Source: Dehalococcoidia bacterium
GTDB lineage: Bacteria; Chloroflexota; Dehalococcoidia; Plut-88900
Direction of reading: 5' to 3'
DNA length: 64,000 nt
NCBI GenBank assembly: GCA_965207225.1
Contig: CBDBLV010000002.1
Span: 256,001-320,000, forward strand
Position 1 is the stretch's first letter; every line of letters starts with the position of its first letter. The notes under the pieces are model-generated. The model did not search any database. It saw nothing but the letters and a program-made list of their open reading frames with translations, and was not told the DNA's origin. A program made the translations under genes and the position numbers. Of this stretch, positions 43,289 to 54,117 are shown piece after piece.

Positions 43289-44707
43289 CTAAATGGGAGG
43301 TCGCCGCGTGTGCCAGTCCGTTGCCCCTTCGTAGGCCGCCGAGACCCTTAACACCGTAGCCTCGTCAAACGCCCTGCCCGCAATCTGCAGCCCGATTGGC
43401 AACCCGTCCCCCGAGAATCCACAAGATATGGATATGGCTGGCAGTCCGGCGAGGTTGAAGGGGGTGGTGAGGCTCCGTGCGCCGAATATGCGCTGGCGTA
43501 CATCGGCCTCACTTACGAAGACCCTTTGGACTTCCTTGATCTCGGGGGCGGGGGTGGAGACCACAGGGCCGACCAGGACATCGAAGTCTTCCAGGGCCTC
43601 GATGAGCCGCTTCCTGAGCAGCTGCCGCGCCCTCTGGGCACGATGGTACAGAGAGGCAGGGATCAGGCTCGAGGCCATGAGGCGGGTGCGGGTGGCTACG
43701 TCGTAGTCCCTGTGCCTCTGCCTCAGCAGCGACTCGTGGGTATCGGCGGCGTCCGAGTCGCCGATTGCTATGTAGATCGGGCCTGAAAGCTCCAGGAGTG
43801 GTATGTTCACTTCCTCGGTCTCGGCGCCGAGGGACTGGAACACGTCCCTGGTGGCGTTAACTGCGCTCCGGGTATCCTCGTCTACGCCCTCCAGGTTTAT
43901 GAGCTGGTGCAGGTAGCCTATCTTCATGCCTCGCACACCCCTGTCGAGACCCGAGGAGTAGTCGTCCACGGGCCGGGGGCTGCTGAGGGGATCATTAGGG
44001 TCTTGGCCGGCTATGACGGCAAGGAGGTTGGCGCAGTCTCGGACGGTGCGGGTCATGGGGCCGGCTGTGTCCATAGACCAGCACATGGGAAAGGCGCGGT
44101 AGCGGCTGGTCCTGCCCGTGGTGGGCCTGAGCCCGACTATCCCGCACATGGCGGCGGGAAGCCTGACGGACCCACCCGTGTCCTCTCCGATGGCGACGGC
44201 GGTCATGCCGGCCGATGGAGCTATTCCAGAACCGGCGCTCGAACTGCCCGGTATCCTGTCCAGATTCCACGGATTCCGGGGCGTGCCGAATACGAAATCC
44301 CGTGTGTCCCCGAAAGCAAACTCGGTCATGTTCAGCTTGCCAAGCAGTATGGTCCCCGCAGCTTTGAGCCTTGCGGTGACCGTGGACTCGCCGTCGGGGA
44401 CGTTCTCCGAGAAGATCCGGGAGGCCATGGTAGTGCGAATGCCCGCGGTATCGAACTGGTCCTTCACGGCAACGGGTATGCCGTGCAACGGGCCTAAGTA
44501 ATCTCCTTTTGAGATAGTTGCTTCCGCGTCTTGGGCCTGGGCCCGGGCCTCGTCCCCGCACACGGTGATATAGGCTCTGACAGTGGAGTCTATTTCCTCG
44601 ATTCGGGCCAGATAGGCATCTACAACTTCCACCGGCGAAAGCTCTCGGCGTCGCATCCGTGCCCCAAGCTCGTGGGCGGGCTGGTATATCAGGTCGTGGG
44701 ACGGCAT
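43289..44707 (-). CDS. Amidase signature family enzyme
   Basis: GPLHGIPVAVKD, GSSSAGS, DTGGSVRLPA (Ser-cisSer-Lys triad). Confidence 0.92.
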   Translation of the reverse strand: MPSHDLIYQPAHELGARMRRRELSPVEVVDAYLARIEEIDSTVRAYITVCGDEARAQAQDAEATISKGDYLGPLHGIPVAVKDQFDTAGIRTTMASRIFSENVPDGESTVTARLKAAGTILLGKLNMTEFAFGDTRDFVFGTPRNPWNLDRIPGSSSAGSGIAPSAGMTAVAIGEDTGGSVRLPAAMCGIVGLRPTTGRTSRYRAFPMCWSMDTAGPMTRTVRDCANLLAVIAGQDPNDPLSSPRPVDDYSSGLDRGVRGMKIGYLHQLINLEGVDEDTRSAVNATRDVFQSLGAETEEVNIPLLELSGPIYIAIGDSDAADTHESLLRQRHRDYDVATRTRLMASSLIPASLYHRAQRARQLLRKRLIEALEDFDVLVGPVVSTPAPEIKEVQRVFVSEADVRQRIFGARSLTTPFNLAGLPAISISCGFSGDGLPIGLQIAGRAFDEATVLRVSAAYEGATDWHTRRPPI

Positions 44708-44708
44708 A

Positions 44709-44924
44709 CTAGCGGGCCTCCCTGTCCAGCAGAATAGGCAGGGGGTCGGTGGTGTCGAGTTCTGGGTCGTCCAAGGAGGCGAGGGCGTCGCTGAGGGCGT
44801 TGAGACGGTACCGTATCTCGTCGAGGTCCGATTCCTCGACGGGCAAGCCTCTGAGTCGGGCGAGTCGGGCTACGTCCTCCCTGGTCAGCCTCTCGCTGTA
44901 TCCCCTATTAGCTTCTCTAGCCAT
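44709..44924 (-). CDS. Small GatC/AtzG-like amidase partner
   Basis: LTREDVARLARL...DTTDP; ends 1 nt before the amidase start; upstream TTGACT-N17-CAGAAT. Confidence 0.6.
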   Translation of the reverse strand: MAREANRGYSERLTREDVARLARLRGLPVEESDLDEIRYRLNALSDALASLDDPELDTTDPLPILLDREAR

Positions 44925-45123
44925 ATTTCCCCACCTTCACTACTGCTCCCGCCATTCTGTCCCCACCCTATCCCAAAGTCAATTCAGCGCGTAGCTGTGT
45001 CGCACTCAGCCTTCAGCCAAGAGAGGTGCCCACTCAACAGCAAATGATGGTAGGAGCTGGGGCGTGCATACCGACATCCTTGAATTCCCGCATCTGCAAC
45101 TGGGCCGTGACTACAGACCTTCC

Positions 45124-47598
45124 TCACTCCTCACCCTTCTGCCCTTCTCCATTCCCACCATCATCTTGTTCGTCCCCTTCGTCGACGTTTGGACTCGTCC
45201 CCCGACCCTTGGCAAATTCCCGCGCCGCTCTAGCCATGTCCTTCAGCCGTTCCTCCACCAAGTAGTGCACAGTCCCTTCGGGATAGCCGCCGCCCTCCAG
45301 CCTTTCTCCTGCCGGAGTACCGGTCAATACTTCTATCCCCTCATCAATGGTGGATATGCTGTAGATGTGGAATTTCCCGGCCTGGATGGCGTCCAGCACC
45401 TCGTCCTTGAGCGTCAGGTGCTGGACATTGTCCGCGGGCACCATAACGCCTTGCTTGCCCGTAAGACCCCGGACCTTACATACCTCGAAAAAACCTTCGA
45501 TCTTCTGAGTCCCGCCGCCTATCGCCTGCACATCTCCGTTCTGGTCCACCGACCCCGTGACCGCAATCCCCTGGTCTATCGGCAGCCCGGAGATGGCCGA
45601 CAGCAACGCATACAGCTCCGTCGAGGAGGCGCTGTCCCCGTCCACCTCGCTGTAGTTCTGTTCAAATCCTATGCTCGCGGCGAGGGACAAGGGCTTGTCA
45701 TAGCCGTATTTGCCCTGCACGTACCCGTTAAGAATCATGAACCCCTTGTCGTGGATCCTTCCGCTGAGCTTGGTTTCCCTCTCCACGTTCACCACCTGCC
45801 CCCGACCCAGCGACACCCTCGCCGAAATCCGGCTTGGCTTACCAAAAGACAGCTCACCCAGCGATAGCACGGCCAGTCCGTTGACCTGCCCCACTGCCTC
45901 TCCGTCCGTCGAGATGCGGATTACGCCCTCCTCTATCATCTGCAGGACCCGATCCTCCCTCAGGTTGGAGCGGTAGTGTCGTTCCTCGATGGCCTTGTTC
46001 ACGTGATCGGCCATCACGAGATCGTTTCCATCCGACCTCGCCCAATAGTTAGCCTCCGTGATGATGTCGGAAATGCCCATGAACCTGGTTGTGAGCTTGT
46101 CCTGGTGGGCCGCCACTCTGCTGGAATGGTCGATAATCCGCGCGACGGCACTCTTGTGAAAGGGCCTCAATCTCCCCTCTTTGCATTGTTCAGCAACATA
46201 GGCGGCATACCTGGACACGTTCTCGAGTGTCCGGTCCATGTCCGTTTCGAAGTCCGCCGTAACTTTGAAATATCGCCGAAATTCTTCGTCGAAGGCCTGC
46301 AGCCTGAACAGTACACCCGGAGTCCCGACTACGATGATCTTGGCATCCAGGGGAATGGGCCTGGGACGAAGGGTGGATGAGGGAAGGGCGCTGTACTGCT
46401 CCCCCATGTTCTCGATTGCTATCTCTCCGCTATGGAGGGTCCTTTTGAGCGTCTGCCAGGACATCGGGTTGGACAGGAGCTCCCGGGCCTGCAGGATCAA
46501 GTATCCACCGTTTGCCTCGTGGATTGCCCCGCTCTTGATCATCGTGTGGTTGGTTGTCAGCGTACCCATCCGGGACTGGTAGTCGATGCGACCGAACAGG
46601 TTGTAGTAGGTTGGGTTGTGGGCTACTACCGTGGGCGCCGTAACGCAGGTCGTGTTGTCTACAAGGTCGTTGACCCGGTAGCGCGTGAACGCCTCGTCCT
46701 CATCCACTGGCTGCTGGAATGGCATCGCCCCTGGCTTCGCATCCTTCGGCTTGAGCAGTTCCAGATGCTCCACCAGGTCGTTCTCGACCCGCTCCAGGTA
46801 GGATACAACCTCCGGGTGCTCTTTGTACTTTTCCTGCAATTCATCGACTATCGGAGTCAAGGTAAAGAGCACTATCTCTCTGTCGACGTTGCGAGCCTGC
46901 TCCATTGCCTCTTTGCTCAGGCGGCGTATCTCGACAAGGGTACGGTTGATAACATCTTGAATCTCGTCGGCTGTCTGGCGCAGGCGGGCCTGTTCGGCGG
47001 CCGGCAGGGCTGCAAAGACCTCCTGGGACGCCGACTTTCCGTCAATCACCGGCAGAGGGGTAAGCCCGACCTGGGTAGAACGGAGCACAAAACCCACCTG
47101 CCTTGCCGCCTGCTCCATCCCTGCCGTCATCTCCTGGCGTCGGGTCTGGATGCCCTCCATGGCTTCTTCCATGCGCTCCCGATAGTCGTCGCTTTCGAAA
47201 GCCCTGGGAACATCCCGGCGGACGGTTTCGATCAACTCGTTCATGTCGGCTGCCAGTACCCGGACCCAGCCGCAGGGCAGGTTGATGGGGATGGGTTGGG
47301 CAGGTTCATCGAAGTTATGAACGTAACCCCAATCCGGAGGGATGGGCTTGTTCAGCGCCAACCGTTCTACGTGCCTGCGCACGGCCGTGCGCCGCCCCGT
47401 GCCAGGAGGTCCCGATATGAAGAGATTGAAGCCCGGGGCGTCGACCCCCAGGGCGAGTTCAAGAGCGCTCTCGGCCCGCTCCTGGCCCAGCAGCCCTTCC
47501 AGGGGTGCGACCTCATCAGTTGTCTCAAACCCTAGACTTTCCGGGTCAAAGTGCTTCTTCAGGGAGTCCAGGGGGACCTCTAGCCGCTCTATGCCCAT
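45124..47598 (-). CDS. Lon-like S16 protease with AAA domain (LonC-type)
   Basis: GQERA, GAIHEANGGYL, GQVNGL, VDGDSAS (Ser) and KIEGF (Lys). Confidence 0.9.
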   Translation of the reverse strand: MGIERLEVPLDSLKKHFDPESLGFETTDEVAPLEGLLGQERAESALELALGVDAPGFNLFISGPPGTGRRTAVRRHVERLALNKPIPPDWGYVHNFDEPAQPIPINLPCGWVRVLAADMNELIETVRRDVPRAFESDDYRERMEEAMEGIQTRRQEMTAGMEQAARQVGFVLRSTQVGLTPLPVIDGKSASQEVFAALPAAEQARLRQTADEIQDVINRTLVEIRRLSKEAMEQARNVDREIVLFTLTPIVDELQEKYKEHPEVVSYLERVENDLVEHLELLKPKDAKPGAMPFQQPVDEDEAFTRYRVNDLVDNTTCVTAPTVVAHNPTYYNLFGRIDYQSRMGTLTTNHTMIKSGAIHEANGGYLILQARELLSNPMSWQTLKRTLHSGEIAIENMGEQYSALPSSTLRPRPIPLDAKIIVVGTPGVLFRLQAFDEEFRRYFKVTADFETDMDRTLENVSRYAAYVAEQCKEGRLRPFHKSAVARIIDHSSRVAAHQDKLTTRFMGISDIITEANYWARSDGNDLVMADHVNKAIEERHYRSNLREDRVLQMIEEGVIRISTDGEAVGQVNGLAVLSLGELSFGKPSRISARVSLGRGQVVNVERETKLSGRIHDKGFMILNGYVQGKYGYDKPLSLAASIGFEQNYSEVDGDSASSTELYALLSAISGLPIDQGIAVTGSVDQNGDVQAIGGGTQKIEGFFEVCKVRGLTGKQGVMVPADNVQHLTLKDEVLDAIQAGKFHIYSISTIDEGIEVLTGTPAGERLEGGGYPEGTVHYLVEERLKDMARAAREFAKGRGTSPNVDEGDEQDDGGNGEGQKGEE

Positions 47599-47776
47599 CG
47601 CTAACCCCTTGTTTCAGTGAATTCGGCTTGGCAGGGCTTCCGCCCTTGTCCTTATGTTAGTCGGCGGGACAAGCGTTGGGCCTGTCCCGCCGACTGCATA
47701 CATCCACTCTATTCTAACGCGACCCCGATGAAGCAGATGGGATCTGGGCTCCAGGGCCGTCTTCTGTCTTATACAG

Positions 47777-50700
47777 CTATTCCTCCACCGGATAGAGCAC
47801 TACCCTGAGGTACTCGTCCGTGGTGAAGTATCGCTCCGTCACACCCGCGACTTGCTCCAGGGTCAGGGCCTCCAGCCGCTCATCAAACCCGACGATTTCC
47901 ACGAAGGGCTCATCCCGCTGGGAGGCGGCCATGATTTGGTTAAGCCAGAAGCCGTTTTCCCGCACTTGCTCCTTTCGGGCCGTACGCAGTATCTCCTTGG
48001 CCGTGTCCAGGTAGCTCTGCTCGCCACCGTCCTGCAGCCACTCTATTTCCCTTATAACTTCGCCAAAGAGTTCGTCCACGCGGTCGGGATCGCTCCCGAA
48101 TATGGCGTAATTGAAGTACTCCTGGTCAGGAAGGGAGGATGTGCTTGCGCTCACGCCTATTGAGTATGTGCCGCCCAGCTGCTCCCTGATCCGCTCTCGC
48201 ACCCGAATCCCAAGCACCTCTTCTGCCAACTCCAGAGCCAGGTTTTCGGCCCTGCTCCATTCCAGGTCTCCTGCGAACACCACAACCGTATTGCTCCTCG
48301 GCTCAATGCCGCTGTGTACCACCTCGTCTATGAGACCCGATGGCGGGTCGATCCCGTGGTCTACCCATTGCTCCACACGGCCAGAGCTGGGGAGACTTGC
48401 CAGGTAGGTTGCCGACAGCGTTCGCAGCTCCTCCCAGTCAAATGCTCCCACGAACACAAAGGTGGAGTCCGATATGTCAGCAAACCTGTCGGCGTACACG
48501 GCTTCGGCTCGCTCCATGTTCAGCTCAGCCAGCAGTTCCACCGAGAGGGGACGTTGGCGGAGGTGGGCCTGGCTCCGCAACGAGTTCACCCTGTCGACAA
48601 GGACTGAGTCCGGGTCTGCAGCGCGGTATTCGGCGTTACTTTTTAGTCTCGACTCGTAGCTGGAGAAGAAAGCTGGGTCCATACGGGGCTCGGTGGCGTA
48701 CAGGGTGATCAGCTGGAACAACGTCTCCATATCCTCAGGCGAGGCGCTCCCCCCGACCCCTTCGAAAAGCTCCCCGATATACGGAGATACCGACACCCTC
48801 TGCCCGGCCAGAAGCTTATCCAGCGTCACCCTGTCATGGGGCCCAGCGCCGCTTCCGGTAACCAGCTGCGCCGCAAATCGGGCGGAAACATGGTCTTCGT
48901 CGGATGCCAGCGAGTGCCCGCCGGGGCTGAAGGACCTGAAAACGACTTCGTCATCCTTGAAGTCGGTCTGCTTAGCGATTACGGTCACGCCGTTCGAAAG
49001 CGTCCATTTCACGGCGTCAATGGACTCTATCTGCTCCTCTGCAACAATGCTCCCGGGCGTTGGGGTGTTTGCCAACAGTGGAACGTCTCCCACGTCATCC
49101 TCGTATGCTTCCACGACCAGGGCGTCGGCGCCCTGGATCTGTGCCAGCGTTGCCGAGGCCAGTTCATCATCGGTCTTGGCTTCGGTCTCCTCGGGCCTTA
49201 CTACCAACAGACCGGTGTCTGACGTCTCCGTCCACGACTGCGCCACCGCCAGGAACTCCGATAGAGTTATCTGTGGAAGCAATTCCTGATAGAGTTCCCA
49301 CTCAGCCTCGATACCCGGGACCGGCGTTCCATTGAAGAAGTGGCCCACGTATTCGTTGACAAGGACCGCGGACTCGGTCTGCTCCCGCTGTTTATAGGCG
49401 CTCTCTACTGAACTGAGCAGGTTGCTCTTTTCCCGGGCCAGTTCGCTTTCCGTGAAGCCGTGCTGGCTTGCCCGCTGTATCTCCTCCAGTACCGCGCCCA
49501 GCCCGGTCTCTATGCCGCCCTGCTCCACCCAGCCCCCAAACGTAATTATGTCCAAGGTATCCACGTAACCGGACCGTCCGCCGTCGGCCACCAGATAGGG
49601 CGGGTCGGCGGACTGGGCCCGTTCGAACAGCCTTGAGTTCAGCATCATGTAGGCCAGCTGCTCCACTACAAAACTGCGAAAGGCCGCCAGGTCCCGACCG
49701 GTTTCCGGGGTGAGTTTCCGGATTAGCACGAACTGGCTCCCGGGCGATTCGGCATCGGTGAAGACCTCGATGCGGGGGTTGGCGTGAGTCTCAAAGTCGA
49801 AGGAGGGCCTTTCGGTGGAAGGGCCAAGAACTGCCGCTTCCTGGGCAGCCTCACCCTCGGGGGGTGGGGCGAAGTATTGCTTAACCTTGGCCTCGATGTC
49901 TTCGATTTCGAAGTCGCCCACTGCCACTACTGCCATCAGGTCGGGCCTGTACCAACGTTCGTAGTAGCCTCGCAAGTCCTCCGCCGTCGCACTTTCTATG
50001 ACTTCGGTGAGGCCGATAGGGGCCCGGACGGCATAGCGGGAAGAGCCGAACAGCAGCTGCAGCAGGTTGTCCTGCAGCCGGGAGTTGAATCCCTGGCTAA
50101 GCCGCCACTCTTCCAGTATCACACCCCGTTCCAAGTCGACTTCTTCCGGGTCGAAGCTGATGGCGTAGGCCCAGTCGCTCAGGATCTGAAAGGCAGTCTC
50201 GGTCACCTCGGGGTCGTCCGTGGGAACTTCCAGGAAGTACAGGGTTTCATCGAAACTGGTGTAGGCATTCAGGTCGGGGCCAAAGGCGCTTCCCAGCGAT
50301 TCCAGGTATTCGACAATCTCCTGCTTGGCGAACCGCTCCGTGCCGTTGAAAGCCATGTGCTCAACAAAGTGCGCCAGTCCCCGCTCGCTCTCCTCCTCAA
50401 ACACTGATCCGGCCCTGACCGCCAGGGCTATCTGGGCCCGGTCTTGCGGCTCCTCGTTGTGCCTGATGTAGTAGCTCAGTCCGTTGGAAAGAGTCCCACG
50501 CACCACCAGCGGGTCGAAGGGCAGCTCTTCCGCAACCTCTTCTTCCTCCTCCGGCTCGACGGGTTCAGGAGTCGGAGTCGGCTCGGGGGTTGGGGTGGGA
50601 GTCGGTTCCGGTATCGGGGGGGGTGTTGGAGCCGCAGGCTCGGGAGTGGACGTGGGCTCAGGGGAGGGTATTGCCGTTGGTGTCTGGGGTGGGGCCTCGG

Positions 50701-50866
50701 GCGTAGGGGCGACTAAAGTTGACGTCGGGTGGGGGCCAACCGTCGGCGTGACCCCGCACCCCACCACCACCCCAACTATCAAGGTGATACAGATTACGGC
50801 CAGCGCCGAAGCAAATCTCAAGCTCATTTGTGGAGGTTCTCTCTTTCCGGTTTCCAGGCGAGTCAT
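47777..50866 (-). CDS. M16 family zinc protease (PqqL-like), predicted lipoprotein
   Basis: AHFVEHMAFNGT (HxxEH), NAYTSFDET, WYRPD; VVGC lipobox and PT/PE-rich linker; start may be 50827. Confidence 0.92.
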   Translation of the reverse strand: MTRLETGKREPPQMSLRFASALAVICITLIVGVVVGCGVTPTVGPHPTSTLVAPTPEAPPQTPTAIPSPEPTSTPEPAAPTPPPIPEPTPTPTPEPTPTPEPVEPEEEEEVAEELPFDPLVVRGTLSNGLSYYIRHNEEPQDRAQIALAVRAGSVFEEESERGLAHFVEHMAFNGTERFAKQEIVEYLESLGSAFGPDLNAYTSFDETLYFLEVPTDDPEVTETAFQILSDWAYAISFDPEEVDLERGVILEEWRLSQGFNSRLQDNLLQLLFGSSRYAVRAPIGLTEVIESATAEDLRGYYERWYRPDLMAVVAVGDFEIEDIEAKVKQYFAPPPEGEAAQEAAVLGPSTERPSFDFETHANPRIEVFTDAESPGSQFVLIRKLTPETGRDLAAFRSFVVEQLAYMMLNSRLFERAQSADPPYLVADGGRSGYVDTLDIITFGGWVEQGGIETGLGAVLEEIQRASQHGFTESELAREKSNLLSSVESAYKQREQTESAVLVNEYVGHFFNGTPVPGIEAEWELYQELLPQITLSEFLAVAQSWTETSDTGLLVVRPEETEAKTDDELASATLAQIQGADALVVEAYEDDVGDVPLLANTPTPGSIVAEEQIESIDAVKWTLSNGVTVIAKQTDFKDDEVVFRSFSPGGHSLASDEDHVSARFAAQLVTGSGAGPHDRVTLDKLLAGQRVSVSPYIGELFEGVGGSASPEDMETLFQLITLYATEPRMDPAFFSSYESRLKSNAEYRAADPDSVLVDRVNSLRSQAHLRQRPLSVELLAELNMERAEAVYADRFADISDSTFVFVGAFDWEELRTLSATYLASLPSSGRVEQWVDHGIDPPSGLIDEVVHSGIEPRSNTVVVFAGDLEWSRAENLALELAEEVLGIRVRERIREQLGGTYSIGVSASTSSLPDQEYFNYAIFGSDPDRVDELFGEVIREIEWLQDGGEQSYLDTAKEILRTARKEQVRENGFWLNQIMAASQRDEPFVEIVGFDERLEALTLEQVAGVTERYFTTDEYLRVVLYPVEE

Positions 50867-50987
50867 TGTTGACGGGCGAGAAATTTTAACATTGAATTTG
50901 CTGACTACTACACTTATTCAGTCTCATTCCATTCCTATTCCTTGCACTTAATGACCTCCGATAGCATGATATCCGCGGCGTATCGAT

Positions 50988-52961
50988 ATGCTTACGGCTT
51001 CTAACATCGGCAAGTCCTATCCCAGTAAGACACTGTTTGCTGGGCTCACCTTCACCCTGGCCCAGAGAGACCGCATCGCCCTCATCGGACCCAACGGCTC
51101 CGGCAAGACCACCCTCCTCGACATCCTGGCCGGAGAGTCCGAACCCGACACGGGCGCAGTGTCCCGGCAGCGGAACGTCACCCTCGGCTACCTCAAGCAG
51201 GAACCGGAGACGTTCTCCGACAGAAGTCTGCTACAAGAAATCCTAGACGCTGCCCCCGAGCTCAATGCCCTATTGGACAAGACCCATGCCGTTCGGGAAG
51301 CGCTATCCTCGGAGGCTGACCCCGCACAGCAGGAGCTTCTCCTGGGTCAACTCGGCGATCTCGACTCCGCGCTGGAAGCCGCGGGCGGTGAGGCTCGGGA
51401 GCATGAGGCCAAGGCGATACTGTCGGGGCTTGGGTTCAGGGGGGCGGACTTCCTCCGCCCCATTAGCGAGTTCAGCGGTGGATGGATGATGAGGGCAAGT
51501 CTAGCGAAGATGCTCTTCAGAAACCCAGACCTCCTTCTCCTGGACGAACCCACCAACCACCTGGACCTCGAGGCCAACCTCTGGTTCGAAAGGTACCTCT
51601 CTTCATTCCCCGGCGGCGTTCTGGTGACTTCCCACGACCGGGCCTTTCTAAACCACACAGTCGACAGGGTCCTGGCTATTGAGCCCGACGAAGTGTCCCT
51701 ACACAGGGGCAACTACGATGACTACCTCGTGGCGCGGGAGCGCGCGCTGGAGGCAAGGCAATCCGCCGCCGCCCGGCAGGAACGTGAGATCAAGCGGCAG
51801 ATGCGCTTCGTGGACCGATTCCGCTACAAGGCCCGCAAGGCGACCCAGGTCCAGAGTCGCATCAAGCAACTCGAGAAGATGGAGGTCATCAAGCTGCCCA
51901 GGGCTACCAGAAAGGTGAACTATTCCTTCCCAAAGCCACCCCGAAGCGGATCTGAGGTCATATCCCTGGTCGATGTTCAAAAAGCATACGGTGCTAACGT
52001 GGTCTACCAGAACCTAGACCTGCGCCTGGCCCGAGGGGACCGCGTTGCGCTGGTCGGGCCAAACGGAGCGGGAAAGACCACCCTTCTCAAGATACTTGCC
52101 GATGTCATCACCTTCGAGGGAAAGAGAAAGACGGGCCATAACGTAATCACCACCTACTACGCCCAGCACGTCCTCGAGCTCCTGGACCCGACCAACACCC
52201 TTCTCAATGAGCTTCGCCAGGCCGCCCCGTCGGAGCCCGACCAGAACCTTCGCAACACCCTTGGGGGATTCCTGTTTGCAGGGGACGATGTCGATAAGAA
52301 GATATCCGTGCTCTCGGGGGGCGAAAAGGCCCGAGTGGCCCTGGCCAAGCTACTCCTCCAACCCAGCAACCTGCTGCTCATGGACGAGCCTACCAACCAC
52401 CTGGACATCGCTTCGAGGGAAGTCCTCGCCGACGCTCTCGGAGACTATCGCGGCACCATCTGCTTCATCACCCACGACCGGACCCTGATCCACCAGGTAG
52501 CCAACAAGATCATCGAGATAGACAGCGGCCGAATCACCGTCTACCCAGGTGACTATGACAGCTACCTCTATAGGAAGCAGTCTGAATCAGAAAAGCGAAG
52601 CGCCGAAACGACTCCAGCCTTGGAAACTCCTAAAGACGTTCAACCGGGTCCCACCCGCAACGGAAGGCACATATCTTCCGGGGAACGGCAGCGCCGGTCT
52701 CTGAACAACAAGGCCCGCAGACTTGCCAGGCAGATAGAGAAGATAAACGCCTCCCTGTCCGAGCGCGAATCCCGCATCGCCGAATTTGAAGAGATGTTCT
52801 CCAACCCCGACCGGTTTGAAGATGCCGACCATATTGCCGACTCTGCTGAACAATACCAGGCCCTAAAGGACGAAACACAGGCCCTATGGGAGCAGTGGGA
52901 AAAACTGTCCGTGGAAGCGGAAACGATAGACGGCAAGCTGGGGGCGCTTGAGGCCCGCTAG
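50988..52961 (+). CDS. ABC-F family ATP-binding protein
   Basis: Two ABC domains ([18 protein letters not shown], two DEPTNHLD), no TM, C-terminal coiled coil. Confidence 0.93.
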   Translation: MLTASNIGKSYPSKTLFAGLTFTLAQRDRIALIGPNGSGKTTLLDILAGESEPDTGAVSRQRNVTLGYLKQEPETFSDRSLLQEILDAAPELNALLDKTHAVREALSSEADPAQQELLLGQLGDLDSALEAAGGEAREHEAKAILSGLGFRGADFLRPISEFSGGWMMRASLAKMLFRNPDLLLLDEPTNHLDLEANLWFERYLSSFPGGVLVTSHDRAFLNHTVDRVLAIEPDEVSLHRGNYDDYLVARERALEARQSAAARQEREIKRQMRFVDRFRYKARKATQVQSRIKQLEKMEVIKLPRATRKVNYSFPKPPRSGSEVISLVDVQKAYGANVVYQNLDLRLARGDRVALVGPNGAGKTTLLKILADVITFEGKRKTGHNVITTYYAQHVLELLDPTNTLLNELRQAAPSEPDQNLRNTLGGFLFAGDDVDKKISVLSGGEKARVALAKLLLQPSNLLLMDEPTNHLDIASREVLADALGDYRGTICFITHDRTLIHQVANKIIEIDSGRITVYPGDYDSYLYRKQSESEKRSAETTPALETPKDVQPGPTRNGRHISSGERQRRSLNNKARRLARQIEKINASLSERESRIAEFEEMFSNPDRFEDADHIADSAEQYQALKDETQALWEQWEKLSVEAETIDGKLGALEAR

Positions 52962-52982
52962 TCCTGGGCCGCTGCCGGGCCG

Positions 52983-54029
52983 CTAGCTCCTGAAGTGCGG
53001 CATTATCGAACGGCCCACTTCCTCAAGCATCCACTTCTTGTCGATGATGGTGTAGGTAGCCGTGGATACGGTCGTTACCCCGGCGTCGGCCATCTTCTGG
53101 ATTCCCTCGCAGATTTCATCGACTGACCCGATCAGGTGGATGCAGTCGATTACACGCTGAGTCATGTGCTGCGCGTAGGGGGCATCCATCTTTTCGAACC
53201 AGGGGTCGTATCCGTCCTCCCGGGTGAACTCGGCCCTGGCCGCGGCGTATCTCTCCATCTCCTCAGTTATCCCGGGGTTATCCCGTTCCAGATCATCGAA
53301 CAGCTTGATGATCTCGGTCTGTTTCTTATTTCGCTCACGAACGTGAATGCCGAAGGGCACATACCCCGAAATCTCTCTGTGGGCCTTCTGCTTGTCGTCC
53401 GTGACGTAGATGTAGGAGCGGACGCAGATGTCTATCTTTGTCGGGTCCCGGCCGGCCTTCTCGGCTCCCCGGTAGATGTGGTCAACTTTCCACTTGATAA
53501 GCGCAGGGGGCCCGCCCATGAAGTAGACACCGTCGGCAACCTCCCCGGCCAGCTGGAGGGACCGTGGCCCGTCTCCCGCCAAATACAAGGGCACCGGCCC
53601 CCGTATCCACTCGGAAATCATCCTCTGTCCCTTGTACTCCGCCTCCTCCCCGGCCATGAAACTCCTGACGAACATGGTCGCGTCTCTCAGGTCCTGGTGG
53701 GGGATGGGCTTCATAATCTTGCCGAAGGGTCCACCGGCGCCCAGTCCCAGGAACGCCCGACCCCCTGTCAGCTCGTTCAGGGTAGCGGCGGCGTTGGCCA
53801 AGGTGGAGGGGTGGTAGGTCTTGGGGTCCACCACTGCCTGCCCAATGCGGATGCGTCGGGTGCTCATGGCGGCGATGGCGCACATCATGTGGACTTCACG
53901 GGACAGGTACGGCTCGTCAACCAGGGTCATGTGGGAGAAACCGGCCTCGTCGGCGGTACGGGCCAGGTCGGCTATCTCGTCGATCCTCTCGTTGCGCCCC
54001 ATCCCCACCCCGAAGTTCACCTTGACCAT
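52983..54029 (-). CDS. LLM class flavin-dependent oxidoreductase
   Basis: ADEAGF, TRRIRIG, GRAFLGLGAG, PLYLAGDGPRSLQLAGEVADG. Confidence 0.9.
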   Translation of the reverse strand: MVKVNFGVGMGRNERIDEIADLARTADEAGFSHMTLVDEPYLSREVHMMCAIAAMSTRRIRIGQAVVDPKTYHPSTLANAAATLNELTGGRAFLGLGAGGPFGKIMKPIPHQDLRDATMFVRSFMAGEEAEYKGQRMISEWIRGPVPLYLAGDGPRSLQLAGEVADGVYFMGGPPALIKWKVDHIYRGAEKAGRDPTKIDICVRSYIYVTDDKQKAHREISGYVPFGIHVRERNKKQTEIIKLFDDLERDNPGITEEMERYAAARAEFTREDGYDPWFEKMDAPYAQHMTQRVIDCIHLIGSVDEICEGIQKMADAGVTTVSTATYTIIDKKWMLEEVGRSIMPHFRS

Positions 54030-54117
54030 ACCAGCACTCCAGTTGATCCTTCCGACGTGTGTAAAGGCCTATGCTATCTCGTGCCGACTTCTCACCGCAT
54101 CGACATCGCAGGCCGAA

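Noticed and set aside
43289-44924. gatA/gatC assignment
   Set aside because: No gatB nearby, and the sequence has TEFAFG rather than the GatA-type DEFAMGS
50540-50730. PT/PE tandem repeats
   Set aside because: Ordinary flexible linker of a lipoprotein, not a DNA repeat element
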